Of a stretch of 64,000 nucleotides of DNA, positions 25,793-36,078 are shown one piece after another. Position numbers and translations under genes: made by a program. Under the pieces are notes generated by a model. The model was not told where the DNA came from, searched no databases, and saw only the letters and a list, made by a program, of their open reading frames with translations. The DNA comes from Bacillota bacterium (GTDB taxonomy: Bacteria; Armatimonadota; HRBIN16), in assembly GCA_023511455.1 (NCBI GenBank), contig JAIMBJ010000011.1:13637-77636 (forward strand). Reading direction: 5' to 3'. How positions within the stretch are numbered: the stretch's first letter is position 1; the number at the start of each line of letters is the position of its first letter.

Positions 25793-26932
25793 ATGAGTGA
25801 GAAAACGGAAGAACAGGTAGTGCACATGGGACTGCAGGACGTTATCGCCACCGAGTCCAGCATCTGCTTCATCGATGGGCAAAAAGGCAGACTGCTCTAC
25901 CGGGGCTATGATGTGGTCGAGCTTGCCGAGAAGTCCACTTTCGAAGAGGTTGCTTACCTGCTGTGGTACGGCCGACTGCCCGGCAAAGTGGAGTTCGAGG
26001 CGTTCCTCGATAGCTTCACCGGTAGCATGGAACTGCCGATCGAAACAGTGATGATACTGCGCATGTTTCCCAAAACGGCAACCCCGATGGAGATGTTGCG
26101 CACGTCGGTATCGTCGTTGGGGCACTGGGACCCGGATAGCGGTAACACCCGCCTGGATGCTTGCCTGCGCAAGGCAATCCGCCTGACCGAACGCATCCCC
26201 CAGCTGGTGACCGCACACCAGCGACTGCGGCAGGGTATGGAACCCATTCATCCCATCCCCGGCAGGAGCATCGCTTATAACTTCCTCTATACTCTGCACG
26301 GAGAGGAACCACCTGAAGAGTGGGTACACGCCTTTGACGTGTCGCTCATCCTTCATGCGGACCATGAGCTGAATGCTTCCACATTCGCAGCACGTGTGGT
26401 TGCCGCGACGATGTCGGACATGTACTCGGCGGTAACCGGTGCTATCGGCGCATTGAAAGGACCCCTGCACGGCGGCGCCAACGAGCAGGTCATCCGGATG
26501 CTGCACGAAATCGGCGATCCGGGCAAGGCAGAAGCTTGGGTGAAGAACGCACTGGCAAACAAAGTAAAGGTACCCGGATTCGGACACCGTGTGTATCGCA
26601 CCGATGACCCTCGCGCAGGCATCTTGCGTCGCTACGCCGAGCAGCTCACGCGAGGTACCCAGCACGAGTGGCTCTACCAGACCTGCGTCGAGGTAGAGCG
26701 TACCATGCGCGAGAACAGCAAGGTCTACCCGAACGTAGACCTCTATTCGGGTATCTGCTATCAAGCGATGAACATTCCGTCCGAGCTGTTCACGCCCATC
26801 TTCGCTGTCAGTCGGGTCGTTGGGTGGACCGCGCACATTCTGGAACAGTGGGCGAGCAACCGGTTGATACGCCCCCGCGCCAGGTATGTCGGACCCGATG
26901 GGCTGCACTACGTGCCCATCGATGAGCGTTAA
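25793..26932 (+). CDS. gltA: Citrate synthase (short dimeric type)
   Basis: Full-length citrate synthase with the catalytic His/Asp context (GFGHRVYRTDDPRA). The RBS aggagg precedes the start at MSEKTEEQ. Confidence 0.9.
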   Translation: MSEKTEEQVVHMGLQDVIATESSICFIDGQKGRLLYRGYDVVELAEKSTFEEVAYLLWYGRLPGKVEFEAFLDSFTGSMELPIETVMILRMFPKTATPMEMLRTSVSSLGHWDPDSGNTRLDACLRKAIRLTERIPQLVTAHQRLRQGMEPIHPIPGRSIAYNFLYTLHGEEPPEEWVHAFDVSLILHADHELNASTFAARVVAATMSDMYSAVTGAIGALKGPLHGGANEQVIRMLHEIGDPGKAEAWVKNALANKVKVPGFGHRVYRTDDPRAGILRRYAEQLTRGTQHEWLYQTCVEVERTMRENSKVYPNVDLYSGICYQAMNIPSELFTPIFAVSRVVGWTAHILEQWASNRLIRPRARYVGPDGLHYVPIDER

Positions 26933-27127
26933 CCATTATCCGTTGCTTCGGGGTTAGCTGATAACACGCCTGATGTTGCCCGATACGCTGGCACGGACAT
27001 CATCTGGAGGGCGATGCTCCTGCCGGGCCGGTTGGTATGTTGTGTCGGCTCACGCGCAGGTTTGCCCTCCCAATAACACCCCGGTTTCTGGTACAATATC
27101 CATGAAGCAACGACGGAGGAACGCACG

Positions 27128-27418
27128 ATGACGATGCCTATATCAGGCAGGCTGTTGTGTCCAAAGTGTCAGGAGATACTGGTTCCTGTGGATAGAGACG
27201 GGGTGGAATTGGATTACTGCCCGCACTGCCGCGGCGTGTGGCTGGACCGGGGGGAGCTGGACAAGATTCTGGCGCGAGCAGGCGGACGCGAAATCCGAGT
27301 ACCTCCCTCTCCCCAGCACCCGCCATACGAGTATGACGATGACTCCTATGAGGGCAAACCACGCCGGAAGCGCAAGCGGCTGAAATCCTTTCTGGAAGAC
27401 CTTTTCGATTTCGATTGA
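27128..27418 (+). CDS. zf-TFIIB-type zinc-ribbon protein with an acidic/basic C-terminal tail
   Basis: CPKC-x17-CPHCRGVWLDRGELDKIL motif. The promoter-like TGGTACAAT and the RBS ggagga lie upstream. Confidence 0.7.
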   Translation: MTMPISGRLLCPKCQEILVPVDRDGVELDYCPHCRGVWLDRGELDKILARAGGREIRVPPSPQHPPYEYDDDSYEGKPRRKRKRLKSFLEDLFDFD

Positions 27419-27588
27419 CCGGCGCATCCCATGCAAACACCCGCGCCAAAGGTGCTGTCCTTCCTGGTGGCGAATCTGTCGCTCAGCGGAGCAATGCAGG
27501 ATAACGCGGGGTCTTCAAGGTTCCTGGTCCGCTCAAAATGACCAGCTACCTTACGTGCTTATCTCAAAAGGCTATTTTTCCGGTTTAC

Positions 27589-29412
27589 ATGCGGCGCATA
27601 AGGCTTGTCCTGTTCTGCCTGGGTTTGACAGGCTGGTTGTTTTGTGTGCTGCCAGCGGGAGCACAGCGGGTCGCGGTGGTTTGCCTGCGGTCGACTGAAG
27701 TGCCCTTGCTGATTCGTCACACTGCGACAATGCCAGGCGCGCAGGCGTTGTTGCTCAGTCGCGTGGCTTCCTCGCCGTGGCGACCATCTTCCCTCCTGTC
27801 TCGTGAGCAATGGGAGCGCAGCGCATACCTCACCCTCAATGCGGGCACGCGCGCTCGGGTAACCGAAAGCCTCTCACCAAACGGAATGGAACGGCTGCGG
27901 CAGCTGGAGCAGATAAACTGTTGCTGGGGATATCCCGTGGTCGTGGGACTGCTTCCGGAGGAACTGAAGGCAAGGGGAGTACGGTTGCACTACCTGACTA
28001 CCCGTCGCGACTCACCGATGCTGCTGGCAGGTGCGCCCTTTCCCGAGGTGGATGCCCGCGTCGTTATGGATTCAGCAACCCTGTTTGCCGTGGCGCAATT
28101 CGTCTTGCGCGGGCACTCGCGGTTGATGCTATGGATAGATGCGGACACGGTGGAGCCTGCTCAGCTGGAGCCGCTGGTGCGGCGTTTGCAAACCGTCCTC
28201 ACCCAACCCACCGACGTGCTCTATCTGCTGATGCCGATTCCATCCCCTTCCGAGGCGGCGAGAGGCTCCCAGCTGGGGTGGGTGCTGCGACTGGGCAGAG
28301 ACGGTGAGGGCTTGCTGGTCTCAGGTTCGTCTCGTCTGCCGGGCTACATCACCCTGCCTGACCTTACCGCAACGTGGCTGTCGCACTTTGGCTGTACAAA
28401 GATGCCTGCCGGGGCGGTGGGGTTGCCCGCTCGCGTGTCGCCCGACGACAGCCCTGCTCAGACGATGCAACGCCTGTATGACTCGCTGGTGCGGCAGGCG
28501 TGGTGGAACCATACGATAGGCGCGTTGCCGACGGTGCAGCTGGTCGCGCTGGTAGTGGCATGGTTGTGGTGGTGGCGGCGGCGAGTGGTGCGTTCGTTGT
28601 GGTTGTTTCCCTGCGTAGTGCCTGTGCTGGGGATATCGCTGGTACCGGTGCTCATCTGCCTGCCTCTGGGGGGCATCTCGTGGCAGGCGCGAGTGGCAAT
28701 CTGGCTTATCAGCGCGGGAGGGTTGCTCATTGCGCTGTCGCGCTTGCCGTTGAGTCAGAGCCTGCGTGGTCTGGGCACGGTTCTCCTGGTGTTTGCAGGG
28801 GTAGACCTGCTGCACGGCGGGAATCTGCTGCGCTGGAGCGGCTACGGCTATGTGCTGCAGGAAGGGGCGCGTTTCTACGGTGTGGGCAATGAGATGGCGG
28901 GTAGCCTGTTCGGGGCGCAGAGCGGGTTTCTGCTCGCGGAGAGCGGGACCTGGAGCCTGTTGCGCTGGACGCTGACCGCCGTGGCAATGGGCGCGCCGTT
29001 CTGGGGTGCGAATACGGGAGCAATGTTGTCGGCATTTGGTGTGGCGATGCTCCACGCCCTGCGCCGATGGCGCTGGTGGGGAGCAGGGATGCTATTGTGC
29101 GCACTGGCGGTTGTGGTGCTCTGGGAGTTCCTCTCGCCCAATCCGTCGCATCTGGGCAGGTTCCTGCAAGACCCGTCGCTGTGGTTACCCACGATAGCAC
29201 GCAAAGCGCAGATGAATCTGAGCCTCCTGCTGAGCAGTGCATGGACGCCGCTCCTGTTGTTTGGATTGTGTGGTTTGAGGGGCGCGCCCGCGCCGGTTTG
29301 GGCAGGGGCGATTTTGCTGCTGGTGTTGAACGACTCCGGCGTGGTGGCTGCGGCGTCGATGCTGACGTGGTGGTGGGCATGGCGTGTGGCGCAGCGGGAA
29401 GCGGAGTCATAG
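27589..29412 (+). CDS. Membrane protein: periplasmic alkaline-phosphatase-superfamily-like domain fused to a C-terminal polytopic domain (paralog 1)
   Basis: Signal peptide MRRIRLVLFCLGLTGWLFCVLPAGAQ. The C-terminal multi-TM region carries an FYGVGNEMAG motif shared with the paralog at 30152-31954. Confidence 0.7.
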   Translation: MRRIRLVLFCLGLTGWLFCVLPAGAQRVAVVCLRSTEVPLLIRHTATMPGAQALLLSRVASSPWRPSSLLSREQWERSAYLTLNAGTRARVTESLSPNGMERLRQLEQINCCWGYPVVVGLLPEELKARGVRLHYLTTRRDSPMLLAGAPFPEVDARVVMDSATLFAVAQFVLRGHSRLMLWIDADTVEPAQLEPLVRRLQTVLTQPTDVLYLLMPIPSPSEAARGSQLGWVLRLGRDGEGLLVSGSSRLPGYITLPDLTATWLSHFGCTKMPAGAVGLPARVSPDDSPAQTMQRLYDSLVRQAWWNHTIGALPTVQLVALVVAWLWWWRRRVVRSLWLFPCVVPVLGISLVPVLICLPLGGISWQARVAIWLISAGGLLIALSRLPLSQSLRGLGTVLLVFAGVDLLHGGNLLRWSGYGYVLQEGARFYGVGNEMAGSLFGAQSGFLLAESGTWSLLRWTLTAVAMGAPFWGANTGAMLSAFGVAMLHALRRWRWWGAGMLLCALAVVVLWEFLSPNPSHLGRFLQDPSLWLPTIARKAQMNLSLLLSSAWTPLLLFGLCGLRGAPAPVWAGAILLLVLNDSGVVAAASMLTWWWAWRVAQREAES

Positions 29413-30168
29413 ACCGGTCGGGTGGTCAAAGAAGCGATGTTCCAGACCGAACATCCGCTGCAGATGTTCGCCCAGCGCGCGCACGCCCAGTGTCTCGGTG
29501 GCGTAGTGCCCGGCGTATAGCAGGTTGATGCCCAGCTCTTCAGCATCCAGATAGGTATGGTGCGCGCCTTCGCCCGTGATGAGCGTGTCGATACCCGTCC
29601 GATGCGCCTCGATCAGGGTGCGCGTCTGCCCTGCGCTGCCGGTGATGACGCCCACCCGCCGTGCCACTGCATTGCCGAAACAGAGGGCTTTCACCTGTGT
29701 GTGCAGGCTTGCTTCCAGACGGGACACCAGTTCCTGAAGCGGAAGCTCGGTTTCGCAAAGCACCCCAATCGGCGTGCCCTGATAATCCCCGAACCGTTCC
29801 ACAGGGGATAGCCCCAGCGTGCGCGCCAGCTGCACGTTGTTGCCCACTTCGGGATGCACGTCCAGCGGCAGATGTGCCGAGTATAAACTGATGCCCTCGC
29901 ACAATAGCGGCTGCAATCGCCGCCGATAGCGTCCCACCACCGGCTGTAAACCGCCCCAGAACAGTCCGTGATGCACGACAAGCAAATCGGCACCCCACGC
30001 TGCCGCCTCCTCCACGGACGCTACCGAAACGTCCACTGCCGTCATCACGCGGTGAATCGCCTCCTTGCCCTCTACCTGCAAACCGTTGAAGGCGTTGGGA
30101 TAGTCGGGGATGTCCCGGATGGCGAGATAATCATCCAGATAGCCCACCAGGTCAGGCAGACGAACCAT
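29407..30168 (-). CDS. Nif3-family dinuclear metal-centre protein (YqfO/YbgI-like)
   Basis: NAFNGLQVEG ... LLVVHHGLFW ... GHYATE, characteristic of Nif3. The start is at MVRLPDLVGYL with an AGGAGG RBS. Confidence 0.85.
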   Translation of the reverse strand: MVRLPDLVGYLDDYLAIRDIPDYPNAFNGLQVEGKEAIHRVMTAVDVSVASVEEAAAWGADLLVVHHGLFWGGLQPVVGRYRRRLQPLLCEGISLYSAHLPLDVHPEVGNNVQLARTLGLSPVERFGDYQGTPIGVLCETELPLQELVSRLEASLHTQVKALCFGNAVARRVGVITGSAGQTRTLIEAHRTGIDTLITGEGAHHTYLDAEELGINLLYAGHYATETLGVRALGEHLQRMFGLEHRFFDHPTGL

Positions 30169-31954
30169 GTTGCACCTCCTGCAGTCTCCGCGTGAGCAAT
30201 GCGCCCACACCCACGCCCAGAATGGCTGCCGCGGGCACAAAGCCGGAGTCGTTGAACACGAACGCGGCTCCCATGCACACCAGCCACGGTAGATACTCTC
30301 CGCGCCAGCCGTTGCGCCAGGCGGTCAGTGTACCCGAACGCCCCATCGCCCATAACGCCACGCCGATAACCAGCAACACTCCCCATGCAAACGGACTGAG
30401 TAACACACGGCTCATCAGTGCCAGCTTGGAGAGCAGGGTGTCCACGATGGCGGTGAAGCCTTCCGCCTGCCAGCGTAGCCATGTTTCCCCGATGTGTGAG
30501 GGGGATGCACTGAGGCTATCTACCCACATCATCCCGAAAGCCGCCAGCATACCCATCAGCAGCCACTGCGCACATCGCTGCGGGCGGGGCATCCTGCGCT
30601 TCCGACTCCATTCCCATGTGCAGCCCAACCCTGTCGCCGCGGTGAGCAGACCGCCCAGATTCGCTCCCCACACAGGCGTTGCCAGCACCAGTGCCGAGAT
30701 GAACCAGACCACTGCCCGCCATGTCGCCTTCAGACCGAATAGCCCCCAGGCCAGCGCGCAACCCACCAGCACTCCCATCATCTCGTTGCCGATGCCGTAG
30801 AAGCGGATACCAGACAGGGCATAGGCACTATATACGGATGACTGAACCCCGTGCTGCCCGCTCACGGCATCTACCACAACCACCAGCACGCTCAGCGCGC
30901 AGGCGCGCACATAGGCGCGAAACGGCTCGTGCCATGCTCCCCAATGCGCCAGCAGGGAAAGCCCCCATGCCGACAGCAGCACATGCGCCGCATATTGTGC
31001 GAAGCGACCGGCGGGCAGGTAAGGGGCAATCACTGTGCCCGCAGGCAGCGACAGCAGGGTTCCTATCGCCACGGACAGCACTAAACTGGCGCGTTGGGGG
31101 ACACGTCTTTGCCGAATCAACTGCAGTGCCGCCAGCACCGCCAGCAGCCCGCCCCCAACCTGCAGAGCGCCGAGCGGAATCAGCCCCTGCGCGTTCCAGC
31201 GGCTCAGGCGGGCGAGATGCTTGACCGTGACCAACGGCTCTTGAGCCACCACACGCATCGGGTGTTCGCCCACGTGCGGGCCAAGCCCGTGCCAGCGCAG
31301 AAGGGTCGGGGCGATGTCCACATCCGAGACCAGCCCTTCGGTTCGCGTGGTTTGGGAAGTCAGCACGCCGGTTCGCAATTCGCCACCTGCCGCGATGACA
31401 GGCGCCAATCGCTCGCCAGCAGGAGGTAGTCCGATGATGAGCAGGCGGTCGCGTTCGGGGTTGAGTGGGCTGATAGCGCGCTCCAGAGCGCGGCTGATGG
31501 TAGCCGGTTCCCCCGCTATCCACCATATCTGCAGCTGCGCAGAAGGAGATGGAGGCGAAAAGGACGGAGCCAGCAGCGCACGCACCTGCTGTTGCGATGT
31601 CTCCAGATGCAGTGTTACCGTCACACCCGCGCGCGCCAGTTCATCCGTCAGCCAGCGTACCTTCGGATAGCGCCGACGCACTGCCTCGACAGTGCCTTCG
31701 CGCGGCAGGACAAGCCGTCTTCCCGTCTGCAGGGTGAGGGCAAATCGGCTGGCGGCGTCGTTACCGGACGCACCAATGCTCATCAGCCCTGTCGCACCGT
31801 ATTGCGATAGCACATACAGCCCGCCAATCTCTCCACGCTCCACCTGCTGCCACGTCAGTCCCTCTACGATGACCAGAGCTGTGGTCGGCGGTTGGGCGAG
31901 AGCCGCGGCGGTCAGGCTGAGCAGGATGGCTATGGCAAGCGGAAACCGTCTCAC
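30152..31954 (-). CDS. Membrane protein: AP-superfamily-like periplasmic domain plus a polytopic C-terminal domain (paralog 2)
   Basis: Signal peptide MRRFPLAIAILLSLTAAALAQ. LVSDVDIAPTLL is AP-superfamily-like. FYGIGNEMMG is shared with paralog 1. The GTG start overlaps the argB stop (GTGA). Confidence 0.7.
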   Translation of the reverse strand: MRRFPLAIAILLSLTAAALAQPPTTALVIVEGLTWQQVERGEIGGLYVLSQYGATGLMSIGASGNDAASRFALTLQTGRRLVLPREGTVEAVRRRYPKVRWLTDELARAGVTVTLHLETSQQQVRALLAPSFSPPSPSAQLQIWWIAGEPATISRALERAISPLNPERDRLLIIGLPPAGERLAPVIAAGGELRTGVLTSQTTRTEGLVSDVDIAPTLLRWHGLGPHVGEHPMRVVAQEPLVTVKHLARLSRWNAQGLIPLGALQVGGGLLAVLAALQLIRQRRVPQRASLVLSVAIGTLLSLPAGTVIAPYLPAGRFAQYAAHVLLSAWGLSLLAHWGAWHEPFRAYVRACALSVLVVVVDAVSGQHGVQSSVYSAYALSGIRFYGIGNEMMGVLVGCALAWGLFGLKATWRAVVWFISALVLATPVWGANLGGLLTAATGLGCTWEWSRKRRMPRPQRCAQWLLMGMLAAFGMMWVDSLSASPSHIGETWLRWQAEGFTAIVDTLLSKLALMSRVLLSPFAWGVLLVIGVALWAMGRSGTLTAWRNGWRGEYLPWLVCMGAAFVFNDSGFVPAAAILGVGVGALLTRRLQEVQHGSSA

Positions 31955-32811
31955 GGCTTAATCATCGTGCCCACGCCGTGGTCGGTGAACACTTCCATGA
32001 GAATAGCATGGGGCTGCCGTCCGTCGATGATGTGTGCCCGTTGCACACCGCTGCGCAGCGCGGTGATACAAGCTTCCAGCTTGGGCGCCATACCGCTCTC
32101 CGCCTTGCCGTTGCGCAGCAGTTCCTCCGCCTGCCCGACACTCATCTCCGAAATCAGCGAGGTCGGGTCGTTCAGGTTTGCCAGCACGCCGGGCACGTCT
32201 GTCAGCACAATCAGCTTCTCCGCACATAGCGCGGCCGCGATGGCTCCGGCAGCGTGGTCGGCGTTGACGTTGTAGCTCTTGCCATCCTCGCCGATGGCAA
32301 CGGAGGAGATGACGGGAATGTATCCGGCGGCGGCAAGCACCTCGATGACCTCCGCGTTCACCTGCGTTACCTCGCCCACGTAACCGATGTCGTTGCCGCC
32401 CGGGGTCAGCTTGCGTGCTACTAACAGGTTGCCATCCTTGCCGCTCAGCCCCACCGCTTTACCGCCCGCACGGTGGATGAGCGACACGATGCCCTTGTTG
32501 GTGGTACCCGCCAGCACCATCTCCACAATCTCCATCGTCTGGGCGTCGGTCACACGCAGCCCGCCTGCAAAGCGCGGCTGCAAGCCCATGCGCTGCATCA
32601 CCTCGCTGACCTCTTTGCCACCACCGTGCACCAGCACCGGTTTGATACCCACCGTGCGCAGCAGCACGATGTCCTGCATCACCTGCGCCTTGAGACGTTC
32701 ATCCACCATCGCCGCGCCGCCGTACTTCACCACAAAGGTCCTGCCACTGTAGCGTTGCATGTACGGCAGCGCCTGAACAAGCACGTTCGCCTGATTCACT
32801 GCGTCCTGCAC
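31951..32811 (-). CDS. argB: Acetylglutamate kinase
   Basis: FVVKYGGAAM ... VLVHGGGKEVSEVM ... full ArgB fold. The start was set at GTG (VQDAVNQANVLVQALPYMQRY) with a GGAGG RBS, so the N-terminus is uncertain. Confidence 0.88.
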   Translation of the reverse strand: MQDAVNQANVLVQALPYMQRYSGRTFVVKYGGAAMVDERLKAQVMQDIVLLRTVGIKPVLVHGGGKEVSEVMQRMGLQPRFAGGLRVTDAQTMEIVEMVLAGTTNKGIVSLIHRAGGKAVGLSGKDGNLLVARKLTPGGNDIGYVGEVTQVNAEVIEVLAAAGYIPVISSVAIGEDGKSYNVNADHAAGAIAAALCAEKLIVLTDVPGVLANLNDPTSLISEMSVGQAEELLRNGKAESGMAPKLEACITALRSGVQRAHIIDGRQPHAILMEVFTDHGVGTMIKP

Positions 32812-32946
32812 TGTACCACCTCCATGACGCCTTTTATTGTACAGACAGGAACCGTGCTGGTGCAACCCAGAAGCGCACTGCGCTGGAAGAGGGTATCTTG
32901 CTATAACCGCTGAAGTGCAGCAGCGGTTCATGAAAGCATTCGAAGA

Positions 32947-34610
32947 CTACCTCTCCACCCCCGCTCCCCAGCCGACCGCTTCTTTGAACCCTGCTCCCTG
33001 CGGCGCAGCGATGCGGTTGTCCTGCAGGCGCACGTTTCGGCTGCTCATCACGTAGATGGCGTATCTGCCAGTGTCCTCGGTGGGACGGTCGCAGGCACGC
33101 TCGATGCGGTTGTTGCGCAGGGTGATGCCGTCCACGCCAGCCACGAAGATAGCGGAGTTATCGGTCTGCCGGATGGTATTCTCTTCAAAGGTCACGTTAC
33201 GGTGGATGCCGGGTTTGGGCGGGTAGGTAAAGTCTTTCATCCACGCCATCGCGCACAGCGCGCCGGGCACTATCGCCGCGCCGTAGTTCACCCCCTCAAA
33301 CAGGCAATTGCGCACCGTCACATCGCGCGTGCCGATGGACTCGAAAAAGTGCGCCACTTCCGTTAGAACGATGATGCCAGCGCTCGAGCAGCCGCGGAAA
33401 CGACAGTTTTCGATCACCACGTCGCGCGTCTGAATCAGCATTCCCCGCGCACGGTTATTGCGCACTTCGCAGTCACTGATTCGCACTTTGGGAACGCGAG
33501 TGGCATTGCCGAACACATCGCCCGTGCGCAGCCCGGCGGGCAGGGCAGACTCGAAGACCACGCGCACCACACTGTCCTCCAGCACCTGCACCCGCTTGAC
33601 GGTGGCTTTGGCGTAGGGTAACAGGTCGTCTACATGCGAAATCTCCATCACGTCGCCCGGGTCGGGGGTATCCATCATGCGCAGATTGTGCCTTGCCTCA
33701 ATGGTATTCGCATTGAGCCGGCGCAATAGCGTCAGATACAGTCCGGACTTGATGTTTACCCCGTCGTCGCCCATCGCCTCGAACAGGCAGTCGCTCAGGC
33801 GAATCGTTCCCTTGCAGCCGCCGAAGTGCGTGGCATCGGCAGTGGTGGACATGATGCGCCCGGAACCCGGCTTTGGGACGACGCGCATCCGCTCGACCGT
33901 GAGTTGGTGCAGACAGTCGCCACCAGCCCCATGCCCGGTATCGTGTGGATGGTGACATCCTGCACCCGCACGTCGGTGCAACGGTCGCACACGAAGGCGT
34001 TGTAGCTGTACACCTGATGGCGCAGCACCACCAGCACGCCCGGCTTGACGCGAGCAGGTTGCCTCAGGTGAACGCGCAGCACCTGTGGACGAATCAACTC
34101 CGTGCGCTCTACGGTGCCGTACTCGTCCAGCCCGTGGCGCAGCGGCAGGCGCGTCTGGGGGTCATAGTCCATATATGCGCCGACCGGCTCACCGCCCTTG
34201 ACGGGATACTCCGCCGGTATCTCCACGTCGAATCGGTTGCCGTCCACCGCGATGACCTTTCCCTGCGAGAAGGCGGGGCGGGCGCAATCCACCGTCAGGT
34301 TCCTCAGCGTCAGGTCATCGCACTTTTCGAACCAGAACAGTCCCGTGATGCCGTGAACCATTAATGTGGAGCCTTTGCCGTCCACCGTCAGCCCGTTGAT
34401 GCCGCTCACGGGGAACAGCACCCACTGGTTGCGCCGATTACTGCCTGCGTGTACGTCATACCGTCCTTTGGGGAAAACGAGTACACAGGGGGCGCGCCGC
34501 TTGCACTCTTCCAGTGCGGCGAGGATTGCCTGCGTATCGTCCTTACCGTCGTCAGGAACGGCACCGAAGTCGGTAACCCGAACCTCCCTCAGTCGCTCTT
34601 GCATGTTCAT
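32947..34610 (-). pseudogene. Pectate-lyase-superfamily / right-handed parallel beta-helix glycosidase gene split by a frameshift near 33880-33905
   Basis: The 5' ORF (34610-33795) encodes DFGAVPDDGKDDTQAILAALEEC, a Pectate_lyase_3-like N-terminus. The 3' ORF (33990-32947) encodes beta-helix repeats (NCRFRGCSSAGIIV, NNRIE). The two reading frames overlap by about 200 nt with junk tails. There is no homopolymer at the junction. Confidence 0.5.
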
Positions 34611-34792
34611 CTCCTTCCGGGGTCTTGTTCAGGGAGCATTTCCCACTTTCGCATGATATCCAGTAAGCCTGGTTCTGGCTGTTGCCACAGCCACTCTACT
34701 TTCAGCCACAACCCTTCCAGCACACTGCTGTGGTAAATCCCTTCAGAACCTGACAGCACCGTTCTGCCTGCATTATAGCACGTACAGTCGCG

Positions 34793-35767
34793 CTAGGGAA
34801 GCAGGTGCGATGGTATCTCGATGCTGTCCAGCCGTGCGCCGAGCTTGGTGACCACCTGCGCCGCCGTGTATGCCGCCAGCCTGCCTGCGACGTCCAGCGC
34901 CCAGCCCTGGCACAACCCATACAGCAGTCCCGCTGCGTACATGTCGCCCGCGCCGGTAGCGTCTACCGCCTGCACGCGGAACGCCGGGATCTCATCCGCC
35001 GTGCTTCCCTGTCGAATCAGTGCGCCGCGGCTATCCATCGTGACCACGGCGACGTCGCAATATTGTGCCAGTCGACGCGCGGCGTCGTGTGGGTTGTCGG
35101 TGTCGCTCAGCTCCTGCGCCTCTGCGGCGTTGCCAATCAGCACGTCCACGTGTTGCTCCAGCAGGTGCTGAAAGTCGGCTTTGTGCCGGCGCACGCAGAA
35201 GATGTCCGACAGGCTGAATACCACGCGCACCCCCGCGCGGTTGGCTTCGTGCATGGCGTGCAGCACCGATTGCTTCTGGGTTTCCGTGTCCCACATGTAA
35301 CCCGTGATGTACAGATAACGGCTCTGGCGCAGGTCGTCGATGTTCACCTCTTCGGGACGCAGCAGCTGACTGGCTCCCAGATAGGTACACATGGTGCGCT
35401 GAGCATCGGGTGTCAGCAGGATGAAGGATACGCCTGTGCTACCCGCACCGACGGCAAGATTGGGCTTGACCCCCTTGTTGCTGAGACTGCGTCGGTAAAT
35501 CGCGCCATACTCATCATCGGCGACCTTACTGGTGTAGCATGCCGTGCCGCCCAGCAGCGCGACCCCTATCATCGTGTTCGCGCCGGAACCGCCCGCTTCC
35601 GAATGGATGACCCGACCCGATAGGCGTTGCAGCAGTTCCTGACGTTGCATCTCGTCAATCAGGAACATGCCTCCTTTCTCCAGTGCCAGCTGCGCCAGCA
35701 ACGCCTCATCCGCCTGCGCCTGCAGGTCTACCAGTGCATTGCACATACCGAAAACGTCGAAACCCAT
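34793..35767 (-). CDS. PfkB-family carbohydrate/nucleoside kinase (adenosine-kinase-like)
   Basis: GGSGANTMIGVALLGG ... DATGAGDMYAAGLLYG (the PfkB anion hole). RBS gaggtg. Confidence 0.85.
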   Translation of the reverse strand: MGFDVFGMCNALVDLQAQADEALLAQLALEKGGMFLIDEMQRQELLQRLSGRVIHSEAGGSGANTMIGVALLGGTACYTSKVADDEYGAIYRRSLSNKGVKPNLAVGAGSTGVSFILLTPDAQRTMCTYLGASQLLRPEEVNIDDLRQSRYLYITGYMWDTETQKQSVLHAMHEANRAGVRVVFSLSDIFCVRRHKADFQHLLEQHVDVLIGNAAEAQELSDTDNPHDAARRLAQYCDVAVVTMDSRGALIRQGSTADEIPAFRVQAVDATGAGDMYAAGLLYGLCQGWALDVAGRLAAYTAAQVVTKLGARLDSIEIPSHLLP

Positions 35768-35861
35768 CAGTCACCTCGCAACTTTTTTTAATAGGAGTTA
35801 CGCAGTTGCGGTGGACACGTAGCAGGTCATGCTTTTTCACCAACTGCAAAGACAACTTCCT

Positions 35862-35928
35862 GTCATGCTGAGCGTCAACGAAGCATCTCAGAGCCTCAAA
35901 AGAGATTCTTCGCTTTGCTCAGAATGAC
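35862..35928. repeat. Long imperfect palindrome (about 67 bp) in an AT-rich intergenic region
   Basis: gtcatgctgagcg...cgaagcatctc..gagattcttcg..ctttgctcagaatgac forms nested inverted repeats, each arm with one mismatch. Confidence 0.25.
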
Positions 35929-36078
35929 ACATTACGATGCTTTATACCGCAAGCTTCTGAACAGTCTTTCAACGGCGCAACTCCTACCTTATTCAAGCCT
36001 CCCATTGCCCGGTGAAATATCGGCTTCACTGCGACGTTATGTTATACCCCCTGTGAGGCATAAAAGGTCGGCACCGCC

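Noticed and set aside
25772-26908. 378-aa ORF on the minus strand
   Set aside because: Antisense to citrate synthase.
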